A DNA stretch of 64,000 nucleotides, taken from assembly GCA_003231645.1 (NCBI GenBank), contig QIIW01000066.1, positions 4,094-68,093 on the forward strand, written 5' to 3'. Below, piece after piece: positions 44,849-53,891 of the stretch. Every line of letters starts with the position of its first letter. The first letter of the stretch is position 1. The notes beneath the pieces are model-generated. The model did no database searches, was not told where the DNA came from, and was given only the letters and a program-made list of their open reading frames with translations. The position numbers and the translations under genes were made by a program. Origin of the DNA: Acidimicrobiia bacterium. Its GTDB lineage: Bacteria > Actinomycetota > Acidimicrobiia > Acidimicrobiales > Aldehydirespiratoraceae.

Positions 44849-45792
44849 GCGAACATCGTGATCGCGTGCCGGAGACGATTCGGCGTATGGGTTCGGCGTC
44901 GTTCTCGGCGAGAGTCGGCCTCGACGCCCCCATCGGACCCTTGACCACCTACCGGGTCGGGGGCAGTGCCGCCGTGCTGGTCGAGTTGGCCACCGTGGCC
45001 GAAGCCGGGGAGCTGGCCGAGATCGTGGCGACCACAGGTGTACCCACCCTGGTGATCGGTCGCGGGTCGAACCTGCTCGTGTCCGACCGTGGTTTCGCCG
45101 GCGTCGCCGTGGTTCTCGGGCCGGGATTCGCACAGATTGAGGTGTCCGGCACACGTGTGATCGCCGGTGGCGCGGCCAGGCTCCCCGTGGTGGCGAGGAC
45201 CACGGTCGATGCCGGGCTCACCGGGTTCGAGTGGGCGGTGGGAGTGCCGGGTTCGGTGGGTGGTGCGGTCCGGATGAACGCCGGCGGGCATGGGGCCGAG
45301 ATCCGCGATTGTCTGGTTTCGGCCGGGGTCGTCGATCTCGGGTCCGCAGTCACCCACGAGTTCGATCCCGAATCCCTTCGATTCGGCTACCGGACCTCGT
45401 CCGTCACCACGTCGCAGTTGGTGCTCGAGGCCACGTTCGAATTGGAACCGGGCCGTGCCGACGAAGGGCGCCGCCGGATGGCGGAGATAGTGCAGTGGCG
45501 TCGTTCCAACCAGCCAGGCGGGCAGAACGCCGGCTCTGTGTTCGCGAATCCTCCCGGACACAGTGCCGGCCGCCTCATCGACGAGGCCGGTGCCAAGGGT
45601 CTTCGCATCGGCTCGGCCCGGGTGTCCCCCAAACACGCCAACTTCATTCAGGCCGACGAGGGTGGCTCGGCCGACGACATCTTCGAACTGATGGGCCGAG
45701 TCGCCGGGATGGTCCTCGCTGCCCACGGAATCGAACTCCATGCCGAGACGAGACTGGTCGGGTTCGATCGTCGGTCTCCCGGACGGGGCTAG
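44845..45792 (+). CDS. murB: UDP-N-acetylenolpyruvoylglucosamine reductase
   Basis: FAD-binding PCMH-type N-terminus (TYRVGGSAAVLVE, GRGSNLLVSD) and GSVFANP. There is a GTGA overlap with murC. Confidence 0.88.
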   Translation: MSEHRDRVPETIRRMGSASFSARVGLDAPIGPLTTYRVGGSAAVLVELATVAEAGELAEIVATTGVPTLVIGRGSNLLVSDRGFAGVAVVLGPGFAQIEVSGTRVIAGGAARLPVVARTTVDAGLTGFEWAVGVPGSVGGAVRMNAGGHGAEIRDCLVSAGVVDLGSAVTHEFDPESLRFGYRTSSVTTSQLVLEATFELEPGRADEGRRRMAEIVQWRRSNQPGGQNAGSVFANPPGHSAGRLIDEAGAKGLRIGSARVSPKHANFIQADEGGSADDIFELMGRVAGMVLAAHGIELHAETRLVGFDRRSPGRG

Positions 45793-45800
45793 ACGCCATC

Positions 45801-46595
45801 GTGGCCATCGACCCGAGGATCAGGGCTCGCCGCGTAGCGGTCAAGAGAGCGGAGGGGCGGCGGCGCCTACGCTACCTGATGATCGTGCTGGGGCTGGGCC
45901 TCGCGCTGGGGGCGGCCTGGCTGGCCTCGCGTTCGGCCCTGCTCGACGTCGACAACTTCGAGGTCAACGGTCTCTCCACCCATTCCGATGCCGACATCAT
46001 CTCCGAGGCGGCGATCAAGTACGGCACGCCGTTGCTCGACGTCGACCTCGGTGCGGTCGACACGAGGGTCGAGGCGCTGCCCTGGGTGAAGGACGCACGC
46101 TCCGCCCGCCAATGGCCGGGCACGCTCAGGATCGATGTCGTGGAACGGGTACCGAAGGCGTTGATCCCGTCCGGCGAAGGGGTCTACGCCCTCATCGACG
46201 AGTCGGGAGTGGTCACGGCGAAGACCACCGTCGAGTCGGCGCCTGATCTGCCGGTTATCGACGTGGCGTTCGACACCGAACTTGGTCGTGTGGAGAAGGC
46301 GGCACTGCCGGGGTTGGCCGTGGTGGCGGCGATGCCGTCCGATCTGCGGCCTTGGATTCAGCGGGTTCTCGTCGATCCCGACACGGGGAAAGTCGGGCTC
46401 GACCTGGTTGGCAGTGCACGAGTCGACCTCGGGGGCGTGTCGCTGCTGGGCGACAAACTCGACGCCGTCAGGTCGGTACTGGCCGGCGCTGATCTGACCT
46501 GCCTGGCGGTGATCGACGCGACCGTGGCCGACCTGCCGACCATCACCCGCAACGCCGAGTGCAATGGTTCGCCCGACGCCACCGGAAACGGCTGA
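45801..46595 (+). CDS. ftsQ: cell division protein FtsQ (POTRA domain)
   Basis: A basic N-terminus, one TM helix (YLMIVLGLGLALGAAWLA), then a POTRA-like VDNFEVNGLSTHSDADI and WPGTLRIDVVER. The start is trimmed to GTG 45801. Confidence 0.8.
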   Translation: MAIDPRIRARRVAVKRAEGRRRLRYLMIVLGLGLALGAAWLASRSALLDVDNFEVNGLSTHSDADIISEAAIKYGTPLLDVDLGAVDTRVEALPWVKDARSARQWPGTLRIDVVERVPKALIPSGEGVYALIDESGVVTAKTTVESAPDLPVIDVAFDTELGRVEKAALPGLAVVAAMPSDLRPWIQRVLVDPDTGKVGLDLVGSARVDLGGVSLLGDKLDAVRSVLAGADLTCLAVIDATVADLPTITRNAECNGSPDATGNG

Positions 46596-46727
46596 TCGTG
46601 GTTGCTGCGACACCGTCCGCACGCGGTTACCGTTGCTCGTATACCGTCGGTCCATGGCCCGCGCCGGCACGGCGCGGCGGTTCACCGGTACAACTTCTCC
46701 CACAGAGCCGGGAAGGCTGCATCCAAT

Positions 46728-47846
46728 ATGTCTGATCCACAGAACTACCTCGCGGTGATCAAGGTCATCGGAGTCGGCGGGGGCGGTGTCAACGCCGTCA
46801 ATCGAATGATCGATGCCGGTCTCAAGGGCGTCGAGTTCATTGCCACCAACACCGATGCCCAGGCGTTGTTGATGAGTGACGCCGACGTCAAGCTCGACAT
46901 CGGACGCGACCTGACCCGCGGTCTCGGCGCGGGAAGCGACCCCGAGGTCGGTCGCAACGCGGCCGAAGCCCACCTCGATGAGATCCGTGAGACGTTGTCG
47001 GGTGCCGACATGGTGTTCATCACTGCCGGCAAGGGTGGCGGCACGGGAACCGGAGCGGCCCCGGTGATCGCCGAGGTGGCCAAGAGCCAGGGCGCGCTCA
47101 CCATCGGCGTCGTCACCCGGCCGTTCGCGTTCGAGGGTCGCCGTCGTTCGGTGCAGGCCGAGCAGGGGATTCAGCGACTCAAGGAGAAGGTCGACACCCT
47201 GATCGTGATCCCCAACGATCGGCTACTCTCGGTCGCCGACGCCGACACCTCGGTGATCAACGCTTTCAAGATGGCCGACGAGATCCTCCTTCAGGGCGTC
47301 CAGGGCATCACCGACCTCATCACCACACCGGGGTTGATCAACACCGATTTCGCCGACGTGCGTACCGTCATGACCGACGCGGGCAGTGCCCTCATGGGCA
47401 TCGGCAACGGCAGCGGCGAAGGCCGAGCAGTCACCGCGGCCCGGGCCGCGATCTCGAGCCCGCTCCTCGAGGCCAGTATCGAGAACGCCCGGGGAATTCT
47501 CCTCAACATCTCCGGGGGCACCGATCTCGGCCTGCTCGAGGTCAACGAGGCGGCGGAGATAATCCACGCCGTCGCCCACCAGGATGCCAACATCATCTTC
47601 GGTGCCGTCATCGACGACGAGATGGGCGACGACGTCAAGGTCACGGTGATCGCCGCCGGATTCGATCGTTGGGATGATTCGGCCTCGCCCCGGTCGGCTC
47701 GCCCGGTCGCACGATCCGTTACGCCATCCGATGGGACCGACGCCACCGGCGAGGTGTCGATAGCTGATGTCTTCGCCGAGACCGACGACGAACTCGATCT
47801 GGGCGATGGCGACGACGACTTCGATGTCCCCTCGTTCCTGAAGTAG
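46728..47846 (+). CDS. ftsZ: cell division GTPase FtsZ
   Basis: [31 protein letters not shown] and the C-terminal [11 protein letters not shown] peptide. GGAAGG lies 11 nt upstream of ATG 46728. Confidence 0.95.
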   Translation: MSDPQNYLAVIKVIGVGGGGVNAVNRMIDAGLKGVEFIATNTDAQALLMSDADVKLDIGRDLTRGLGAGSDPEVGRNAAEAHLDEIRETLSGADMVFITAGKGGGTGTGAAPVIAEVAKSQGALTIGVVTRPFAFEGRRRSVQAEQGIQRLKEKVDTLIVIPNDRLLSVADADTSVINAFKMADEILLQGVQGITDLITTPGLINTDFADVRTVMTDAGSALMGIGNGSGEGRAVTAARAAISSPLLEASIENARGILLNISGGTDLGLLEVNEAAEIIHAVAHQDANIIFGAVIDDEMGDDVKVTVIAAGFDRWDDSASPRSARPVARSVTPSDGTDATGEVSIADVFAETDDELDLGDGDDDFDVPSFLK

Positions 47847-47883
47847 ACGTGCATCGCGGATTCTGTCCGCAGGGGTTCGGGGC

Positions 47884-48567
47884 ATGATCTCCCGTACCTT
47901 GTCGGCTGGACACGGCATGGTGGCGAGAATCGTCAGCACATCACGTATCGACGGTGATTTCAGCGTGAGGCGTGATCCCGGCGACCTGCAGCCGTTACGG
48001 GCGGCCGTGGTGTCCGGTCCGTGGACGTGGCTCGATCAAGTTCACGGGTCCGGCGTGGTTGTCGTCGAAAGTCCGGGCCAATGGGCGGGTCGCGCCGCCG
48101 ATGCCGCGGTCACCGCCACGCCGGGGTGCGTCCTGGCGATCCACACCGCCGACTGTGCGCCGGTCGTGATCATCGGCAGCGGTGCGATCGGGGTGGCCCA
48201 CGTCGGCTGGAGGGGCATCGTGGCCGGGGTCGTCCCGGCCACGGTCCACGCGATCCGGCGGATAGGGGCCGACGGTCCATTGAGCGCCCACCTCGGTCCG
48301 TGCATCAGAGCCGATTCCTACGAGTTCGGTCTCGATGAACTCGACGCGGTGGCCGCGGTGGCCGGAGATTCGGTTCGTGGTGTCACGATCGATGGCCGCC
48401 CGGCTCTCGACATGGGCGCGGCGGTGGCCGCGGTTTGGTCCGAGCTGGCCACCGACGCGGTGATCGACTCGGGTCTCGACACGGCCCGACCCGATTTTTT
48501 CTCCCATCGAACTCGTGCCGATCGTGGTCGGCAGGCCACGGTGGTGTGGTTGGAGGTCCTGTCGTGA
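47884..48567 (+). CDS. pgeF: purine nucleoside phosphorylase / laccase-domain protein (YfiH/DUF152)
   Basis: HTADCAPVV, GVAHVGWRG, and CIRADSYEF (conserved His/Cys/His set). Confidence 0.85.
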   Translation: MISRTLSAGHGMVARIVSTSRIDGDFSVRRDPGDLQPLRAAVVSGPWTWLDQVHGSGVVVVESPGQWAGRAADAAVTATPGCVLAIHTADCAPVVIIGSGAIGVAHVGWRGIVAGVVPATVHAIRRIGADGPLSAHLGPCIRADSYEFGLDELDAVAAVAGDSVRGVTIDGRPALDMGAAVAAVWSELATDAVIDSGLDTARPDFFSHRTRADRGRQATVVWLEVLS

Positions 48568-49226
48568 ACGCCATCGATCCGGAAATGGTCGCCCTCAATG
48601 TAGAGGTGTTGCGTGGGCGTCTGGCCGACGCCGGCGGCCCCGGTGTCAAGATCGTCGCGGTGACCAAGACGTTCGATGCCGGCGCCATCCGGGCCGCCGT
48701 GGCGGCCGGAATCACGGACATCGGCGAGAACTATGCTCAGGAGTGCACGGCGAAGATCGCCGAACTCGATGTGTCACCAACCGTCCACTTCATCGGCCAC
48801 CTGCAACGCAACAAGGTCCGCAAGCTGGCGCCCATCGTTGACGTGTGGCAGTCGGTCGACCGCGTCGAGGTCGGGGCGGAGATCGCCAGGCGCGCTCCGG
48901 GTGCGATGGTCATGGTGCAGGTCGACATCTCCGGCGAGGAGTCGAAGTCGGGATGCGAGGTTTCCGACACCGAATCTCTCGTCTCCCACCTCGACGGGCT
49001 CGGGCTGCGGGTGGTCGGCCTGATGGGAATCGGGCCGCTGGCCGCCCCCGAGATGAGTCGTCCCGGATTCCGGACACTCCGATCGCTGGTCGACCGGCTC
49101 GATCTCGCGGAATGCTCCATGGGCATGACTGCCGACCTCGAGGTGGCGGTCGAGGAGGGCTCGACCATGGTTCGAGTCGGAAGTGGCCTGTTCGGCGGGC
49201 GTGTCGGCCGGCCGCCGACCTCCTGA
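48564..49226 (+). CDS. yggS: YggS-family pyridoxal-phosphate homeostasis protein (YlmE)
   Basis: KIVAVTKTF (PLP lysine), HFIGHLQRNKV and MGMTADLEVAVEEGSTMVRVGS. There is a GTGA overlap with pgeF. Confidence 0.88.
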   Translation: MNAIDPEMVALNVEVLRGRLADAGGPGVKIVAVTKTFDAGAIRAAVAAGITDIGENYAQECTAKIAELDVSPTVHFIGHLQRNKVRKLAPIVDVWQSVDRVEVGAEIARRAPGAMVMVQVDISGEESKSGCEVSDTESLVSHLDGLGLRVVGLMGIGPLAAPEMSRPGFRTLRSLVDRLDLAECSMGMTADLEVAVEEGSTMVRVGSGLFGGRVGRPPTS

Positions 49227-49299
49227 TCTCACCGGGGTATGCGCCCGTGACGGGTCACGATGCGAGTAGATTCAACACACTCGATCGACGAGGGTAGGA

Positions 49300-49836
49300 A
49301 TGTTCAAGAAGGCGCTCATCTACCTGGGGCTGGGCCCCGATGAGGAGTACGACCAATACGCCGATGCCGGTGACGCCGTCGAAGCGGTGAGGCCGGTGCG
49401 TGATGCCGTGGTTGCGCGGCCGTCCGGCACCGTCCACCCGATGGCTGTTCCGCGTCCCGAACCGCGACCGGTCGTACGGCCCGTTGCCGCGGCCCAACGC
49501 CCATCGGCGCTCGCCGCAGCGGATCTCGCGCCCGATCAACGCTCGACAGGATCCGCCGTCAAGATCGTCGAATCGCTGCCCGTCAAGCCCCATGCCGCCA
49601 GCCCTTCGTCGTTCAACGAGGCCCAGGACATCGGCGACCGGTTCAAGATCGGGCAGCCGGTCATCGTCAACCTGCAAGGAGCCGATCGTGAGCTGCGACG
49701 CCGACTGATCGACTTCTCGAGCGGATTGTGCTACGCGCTCGGCGGAAAGATGGACAAGGTCGCCACCCACGTCTACATGCTCACGCCGGCCGATGTGGAA
49801 GTTTCTGCGGCCGACGCCCGCCGGGCGCTCGACTGA
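49300..49836 (+). CDS. sepF: cell division protein SepF
   Basis: N-terminal amphipathic MFKKALIYLGL and the C-terminal core FNEAQDIGDRFKIGQPVIVNL...DFSSGLCYALGG. Confidence 0.9.
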   Translation: MFKKALIYLGLGPDEEYDQYADAGDAVEAVRPVRDAVVARPSGTVHPMAVPRPEPRPVVRPVAAAQRPSALAAADLAPDQRSTGSAVKIVESLPVKPHAASPSSFNEAQDIGDRFKIGQPVIVNLQGADRELRRRLIDFSSGLCYALGGKMDKVATHVYMLTPADVEVSAADARRALD

Positions 49837-49848
49837 TCCACGGCCGTC

Positions 49849-50103
49849 ATGTCCTCGATCATCTGCTTCGCGCTCTACCTCTACCTCATCCTGATCTTCG
49901 CCCGGATCCTTCTGAGCTGGTTTCCGCTCGACCCTGGCGGCAGCGGCGCCGTGATCGCCGGATTTCTCTACATGGTCACCGATCCGGTGTTGGGGCCGCT
50001 CCGTCGGCTCATCCCCGGAGTGAGAATGGGTCGGATGATGCTCGATCTCTCGCCTCTCGTCGCCATCTTCGCAATCGAGATCCTGACCCAGTTCATCTGC
50101 TGA
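49849..50103 (+). CDS. yggT: YggT-family membrane protein (YlmG)
   Basis: 84 aa with two TM helices. ILIFARILLSWFPLDP is characteristic of YggT. Confidence 0.85.
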   Translation: MSSIICFALYLYLILIFARILLSWFPLDPGGSGAVIAGFLYMVTDPVLGPLRRLIPGVRMGRMMLDLSPLVAIFAIEILTQFIC

Positions 50104-50154
50104 AGTTGTTCTCGGTCCCCGGGCTCTCGACGTTCGCGGGTCTAGCATCGGGGG

Positions 50155-51336
50155 ATGGACGAAATCGCAGCTCTGTCCCAGGAAATCGAGTTCCACGAGA
50201 AGTTTCGTGGATACGACCCCGACGAGGTCGAGGTCTATGTCGATCGGGTGAGGAAGACGGCAGCGCTGGCCATCGGTCGGATCTCCGAACTGCACCAACG
50301 GGTCGATGCGGCCGAGGCGCTGATCGCCGCCGGCAGGGTCGATACGGCCGAGGAGACGCTCGGTCGGGCGCTGCTGCTCGCCCAACAGACTGCCGATGAC
50401 CTCGTGGCCGACGCATCCGAGCAAGCTGCCGCGGTGGTTGCCGCGGCCGATGAGAGCGGCGTGACGACCATCGAGGGGGCCCGGGCCGAGGCCGAATCGA
50501 TCCTGCGCGATGCCAACGACCGTTCGTCACGGATCATCGCCGAGGCCGAGACCGATCGACGGGAGGCGATTCGCCGAGCGGAGTCGGAGGCCGCCTCTGC
50601 TGAAGCCGATACGCGCCGGAGGCTCGAGGCCGATGTCGCCGACCTGTCCACCACACGTGGTTTCCTCGAAGACGACATAGAGATTCTCGAAAGACACGTC
50701 CGCGAGCAGCGAGCCAACCTGTCGATGATCGTGTCGTCGTTGACCGATCTGATCGAGCAGCCCGACTCGTTCCGTCTCGAGCCGGCGCCGGCCACGAGTG
50801 GCGTTGTTGTCGATCCTGTCGACGACATCTCCGACCAGTCGGAAGCCGACGTCGGCGCCACAACACCGCCCCCAGCGGATGTGGTCGAGGAGATGGAGTC
50901 CGTGGCGTCGCCGCTGTCGGAACCCGAACCCGAGACGTTGCTCATCGAGGAGCCCGTGCCCGCCCTCAACAGCAGTGCGTTCGAGGCGGTGATCGATCTG
51001 GACCGCATGGCACCGTCCGATCCGAGCCGGGAAGACCCGGAGATCGAGCCGGTGTCACCAGCGCCGCCCAGGCTGATGACCGCCGCCGACGTTGACGGTG
51101 ACATCGACAACGCAGCTCCCGTGGATCCGGGTCCCGCCACGGCACCAGTCCCGGCGGTGGCCGCCGAGCCACTTTTTGCCGAGGGTGCCGCCGTCGACAG
51201 GGCTGACCCTTTCGTGGTGCAAGTGTCGGGTCTCGCCGACGGTGACCTTCTGGCCGACGACAACGATGCGTTGTCGGCGTTCTTCGATCAGGACGACGGA
51301 GACGCCGATCGGTCGTGGTTCGGTCGTAGGCGCTGA
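50155..51336 (+). CDS. divIVA: DivIVA-domain protein (Wag31-like)
   Basis: The N-terminal FHEKFRGYDPDEVEVYVDRV lipid-binding domain is followed by long coiled-coil regions and an acidic low-complexity tail. Confidence 0.88.
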   Translation: MDEIAALSQEIEFHEKFRGYDPDEVEVYVDRVRKTAALAIGRISELHQRVDAAEALIAAGRVDTAEETLGRALLLAQQTADDLVADASEQAAAVVAAADESGVTTIEGARAEAESILRDANDRSSRIIAEAETDRREAIRRAESEAASAEADTRRRLEADVADLSTTRGFLEDDIEILERHVREQRANLSMIVSSLTDLIEQPDSFRLEPAPATSGVVVDPVDDISDQSEADVGATTPPPADVVEEMESVASPLSEPEPETLLIEEPVPALNSSAFEAVIDLDRMAPSDPSREDPEIEPVSPAPPRLMTAADVDGDIDNAAPVDPGPATAPVPAVAAEPLFAEGAAVDRADPFVVQVSGLADGDLLADDNDALSAFFDQDDGDADRSWFGRRR

Positions 51337-51339
51337 CCC

Positions 51340-51609
51340 GTGACGGAGGGCGGCGACCTCATCGAGGTGAAGGTCAACCCCCACGCCAAGCGCGGCCAGG
51401 TGAGAATCGACGGCGACACCCTCAGGGTGTCGGTGGTCGTGGCCGCGGAGCAGGGCCGGGCCAATCGGGCGGTGGAGGATGCGGTCGCCGAGGCCCTGGG
51501 ACTCAGGCGGCGGAAGGTGCGGATCGTGTCCGGCTCGAAATCGAGGCGCAAGCTGATCGCGATCGACGGGATGAGTATTGACGAGATCCGGAGTCTTCTG
51601 ACCGACTGA
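51340..51609 (+). CDS. DUF167 (YggU/UPF0235) family protein
   Basis: 89 aa. VKVNPHAKRGQV...LRVSVVVAAEQGRANRAVEDAVAEALGLRRRKVRIVSG matches the DUF167 pattern. Confidence 0.8.
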   Translation: MTEGGDLIEVKVNPHAKRGQVRIDGDTLRVSVVVAAEQGRANRAVEDAVAEALGLRRRKVRIVSGSKSRRKLIAIDGMSIDEIRSLLTD

Positions 51610-51706
51610 CTCCCGCTCGATGCGCGAGATTGCATCGTCCCAGGCCTACAATCCCTGCTTCGCCGGGGCGTCCGCCACGGAATCTGGCAGGGAAGGCAGC
51701 GGTTGA

Positions 51707-52366
51707 ATGGGCACAGCTCGCAAGGCGACACGCAAGTCGTCAACCGCGAAATCAGCGAAGAAGTCAACGTCGAAGAAGGCAGTGGCCGAGAAGGTCGGCG
51801 AATCGAAGTCTCGATCCAAGAAACTCGTGACCGGCGAGGCGGTGGTGAAGTCGACGGCTCGCAAGGCAGCCGTCAAGAAGGTGCCGAGCCCCAAGCTCAG
51901 AGGCAAGCAGGCGGCAAAGGGCACGGCGGCATCGAAGCCCACGACATCGGCAAGGAAAGTGAAGCCGAAGGCCAAGAAGGCGGCGAAGAGTCCGTTGTCA
52001 AAGAAGTTCGTCGACGAGATGAAGGCCCGCCTGATCGAGGAGCGGACCAAGTACCTCCACACCGCCGAAGACATGCGGGCCGAAGCCGACTCGCTGTTCG
52101 CGGACCGCGAGCCCGGAGATGTGCAGTTCGACGAGGAGTCGGGCGAGGGTGACACCCTCGCGGTCGAACGCGAACGCGGCTTGGCGCTTTCCTCCCAGGC
52201 ACGTTCGGCGGTTCATCAGATCGACGAGGCTCTCGCCAGGATCCAGGCCGGCACCTACGGCATTTGCGTCACGTCCGGCCTGCCCATCCCCAAGGCCCGT
52301 CTCGTCGCCATACCGTGGGCGGCCGAGCGCGTTGAGTACAAGGTCGGCGGACTATCGCGCCGCTGA
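51707..52366 (+). CDS. TraR/DksA-family protein with Lys/Ala-rich N-terminal extension and degenerate zinc finger
   Basis: The C-terminal 110 aa has a DksA-like coiled coil plus GTYGICVTSGLPIPKARLVAIPWAAERVEYK, which keeps only one of the four canonical Cys. The N-terminal ~100 aa is rich in K/A/S/T (AKKSTSKKAVAEK..., KVKPKAKKAAKSP). Confidence 0.75.
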   Translation: MGTARKATRKSSTAKSAKKSTSKKAVAEKVGESKSRSKKLVTGEAVVKSTARKAAVKKVPSPKLRGKQAAKGTAASKPTTSARKVKPKAKKAAKSPLSKKFVDEMKARLIEERTKYLHTAEDMRAEADSLFADREPGDVQFDEESGEGDTLAVERERGLALSSQARSAVHQIDEALARIQAGTYGICVTSGLPIPKARLVAIPWAAERVEYKVGGLSRR

Positions 52367-52410
52367 ACAACCGGCGTGTTTGGCCGCCACGTGATCGTGG
52401 TGGCTGAGTC

Positions 52411-53331
52411 GTGAGACGCGTCATCGAGGAATTGATCCCCGAGGGCCTCGAAGGCGAGAGGGTCGACAGGGTCGTTGCCATGCTGGCCGATGTGAGCCGT
52501 TCGGTGGCGTCGAGCCTCGTTTCCGACGACGCCGTGCGGGTTGATCAGCGGGTGGTCGCCTCCGGCTCGGCGCGTGTGACCGGCGGCCAGGTGATCTCCA
52601 TAGTTCTACCCGACACCGACGAGCCGGCCGTCGTGGGTGACCCGTCAGTGGATTTCCGGGTGGTCCACGAGGATGACCACATCCTGATCATCGACAAGCC
52701 GGCCGGCCTCGTGGTGCATCCGGGTGCCGGCAATCTCGACGCCACCCTGGTCAACGGGATTGTCGCCAGATACCCCGAAATAGCTGCAGTCGGTGAACCC
52801 CACCGTCCGGGCATCGTCCATCGTCTCGATAGGGGGACATCCGGGCTTCTCGTCGTCGCCCGCACCTCCGAGGCCCATGTCGCGCTGGTCGAACAGATGA
52901 GCCACCACGATCCGGAACGGGTCTACACCGTTCTGGTCTGGGGATCCCTCGACACATCGTCGGGCGTCATCGACGCTCCGATCGGGCGATCGAATCGCCG
53001 GCCGACCCGCATGGCCGTCGTCCGCAGTGGCCGCCCGGCCGTGACCCGCTACGAGGTCGAACGTCGATTCGCCGACCCCCATCCGACCACACTCGTCACC
53101 TGCCGACTGGAAACCGGGCGGACCCACCAGATCCGGGTTCACCTGAGCGCGATCGGCCATCCCGTCGTGGGTGACCGCGACTATGGGGGCGGCAGGCCCG
53201 GTATCGATCCGGGTCGGCCCTTCCTGCATGCCTGCCGGCTCTCGCTCATCCATCCGGTGAGTGGTGAAACGATCCGTTTCGATTCGGGCCTACCGGCCGA
53301 CCTGGTCGAGATCTTGGCCGCGCTGTCCTGA
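52411..53331 (+). CDS. rluD: RluA-family 23S rRNA pseudouridine synthase (RluD-like)
   Basis: An S4-like N-terminus, plus HRLDRGTSGLLVVART and GRTHQIRVHL motifs. Confidence 0.88.
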   Translation: MRRVIEELIPEGLEGERVDRVVAMLADVSRSVASSLVSDDAVRVDQRVVASGSARVTGGQVISIVLPDTDEPAVVGDPSVDFRVVHEDDHILIIDKPAGLVVHPGAGNLDATLVNGIVARYPEIAAVGEPHRPGIVHRLDRGTSGLLVVARTSEAHVALVEQMSHHDPERVYTVLVWGSLDTSSGVIDAPIGRSNRRPTRMAVVRSGRPAVTRYEVERRFADPHPTTLVTCRLETGRTHQIRVHLSAIGHPVVGDRDYGGGRPGIDPGRPFLHACRLSLIHPVSGETIRFDSGLPADLVEILAALS

Positions 53332-53377
53332 AGGCCACAGCCCCGACCGCCGGATCGGCCACCGGGCTCGCCCCGGA

Positions 53378-53824
53378 TCAGTCGGCGCCGGCATCGGGCC
53401 ATGCGGCATCGCCACGGGCCATGCTCGCGATCTGGGCGAGCGTGAAGGAGTCGAGAAACGTCCGCATCTGCGAACCCGCCGCTCCCCAGATCGTGAGCAA
53501 CACACACTGCCCCTCGTGATCACAGGCTCCGTCGGTGTGGGGCTCGCCGAAATCACCGGCGGTGATGGGTCCGTCGACCGCCCGCACGATGTCGGAGAGT
53601 CTGATCTGGTCGGGCCGGTGCGCGAGGACGTATCCACCGCCCACCCCCCGCTTGGAGCGCACGATGCCGGCACCCTTGAGGGCCAGTAGAATCTGTTCGA
53701 GATATGGCTGAGGCAGAGCCGTGCGTTCGGCGATCTCGCGCACCGAGGTTGGCGTCCCCTCGGTGTGGAGTGCCAGCGACAGCAGAGCCCTCGCCGCATA
53801 GTCCCCTCGGGTCGACACCCGCAT
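53378..53824 (-). CDS. Rrf2-family transcriptional regulator
   Basis: MRVSTRGDYAARALLSLAL...VREIAERTALPQPYLEQILLALKGAGIVRSKRGVGGGYVLA. Confidence 0.88.
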   Translation of the reverse strand: MRVSTRGDYAARALLSLALHTEGTPTSVREIAERTALPQPYLEQILLALKGAGIVRSKRGVGGGYVLAHRPDQIRLSDIVRAVDGPITAGDFGEPHTDGACDHEGQCVLLTIWGAAGSQMRTFLDSFTLAQIASMARGDAAWPDAGAD

Positions 53825-53891
53825 GGGCGCATACTAGCCAGGATGCCGACGATGACACGGCATCGCCCGCCCGCAACGACTCGAGGTTCAC

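Noticed and set aside
46650-46666. Short hairpin CGCGCCG-gca-CGGCGCG in the ftsQ-ftsZ spacer, and CGTGAC-gg-GTCACG (49245-49258) upstream of sepF.
   Set aside because: Inverted repeats of 6-7 bp in GC-rich DNA are expected by chance, and there is no supporting context such as a T-tract or known motif. They are noted only as places to look if TSS data become available.
51703-52152. 149-aa ORF in an alternative + frame over the Lys-rich part of the DksA-like gene.
   Set aside because: The 51707 frame continues into a recognisable DksA/TraR C-terminal domain, and the alternative frame does not. Both look low-complexity over the K/A-rich segment because of the repetitive AAG/GCN codons.
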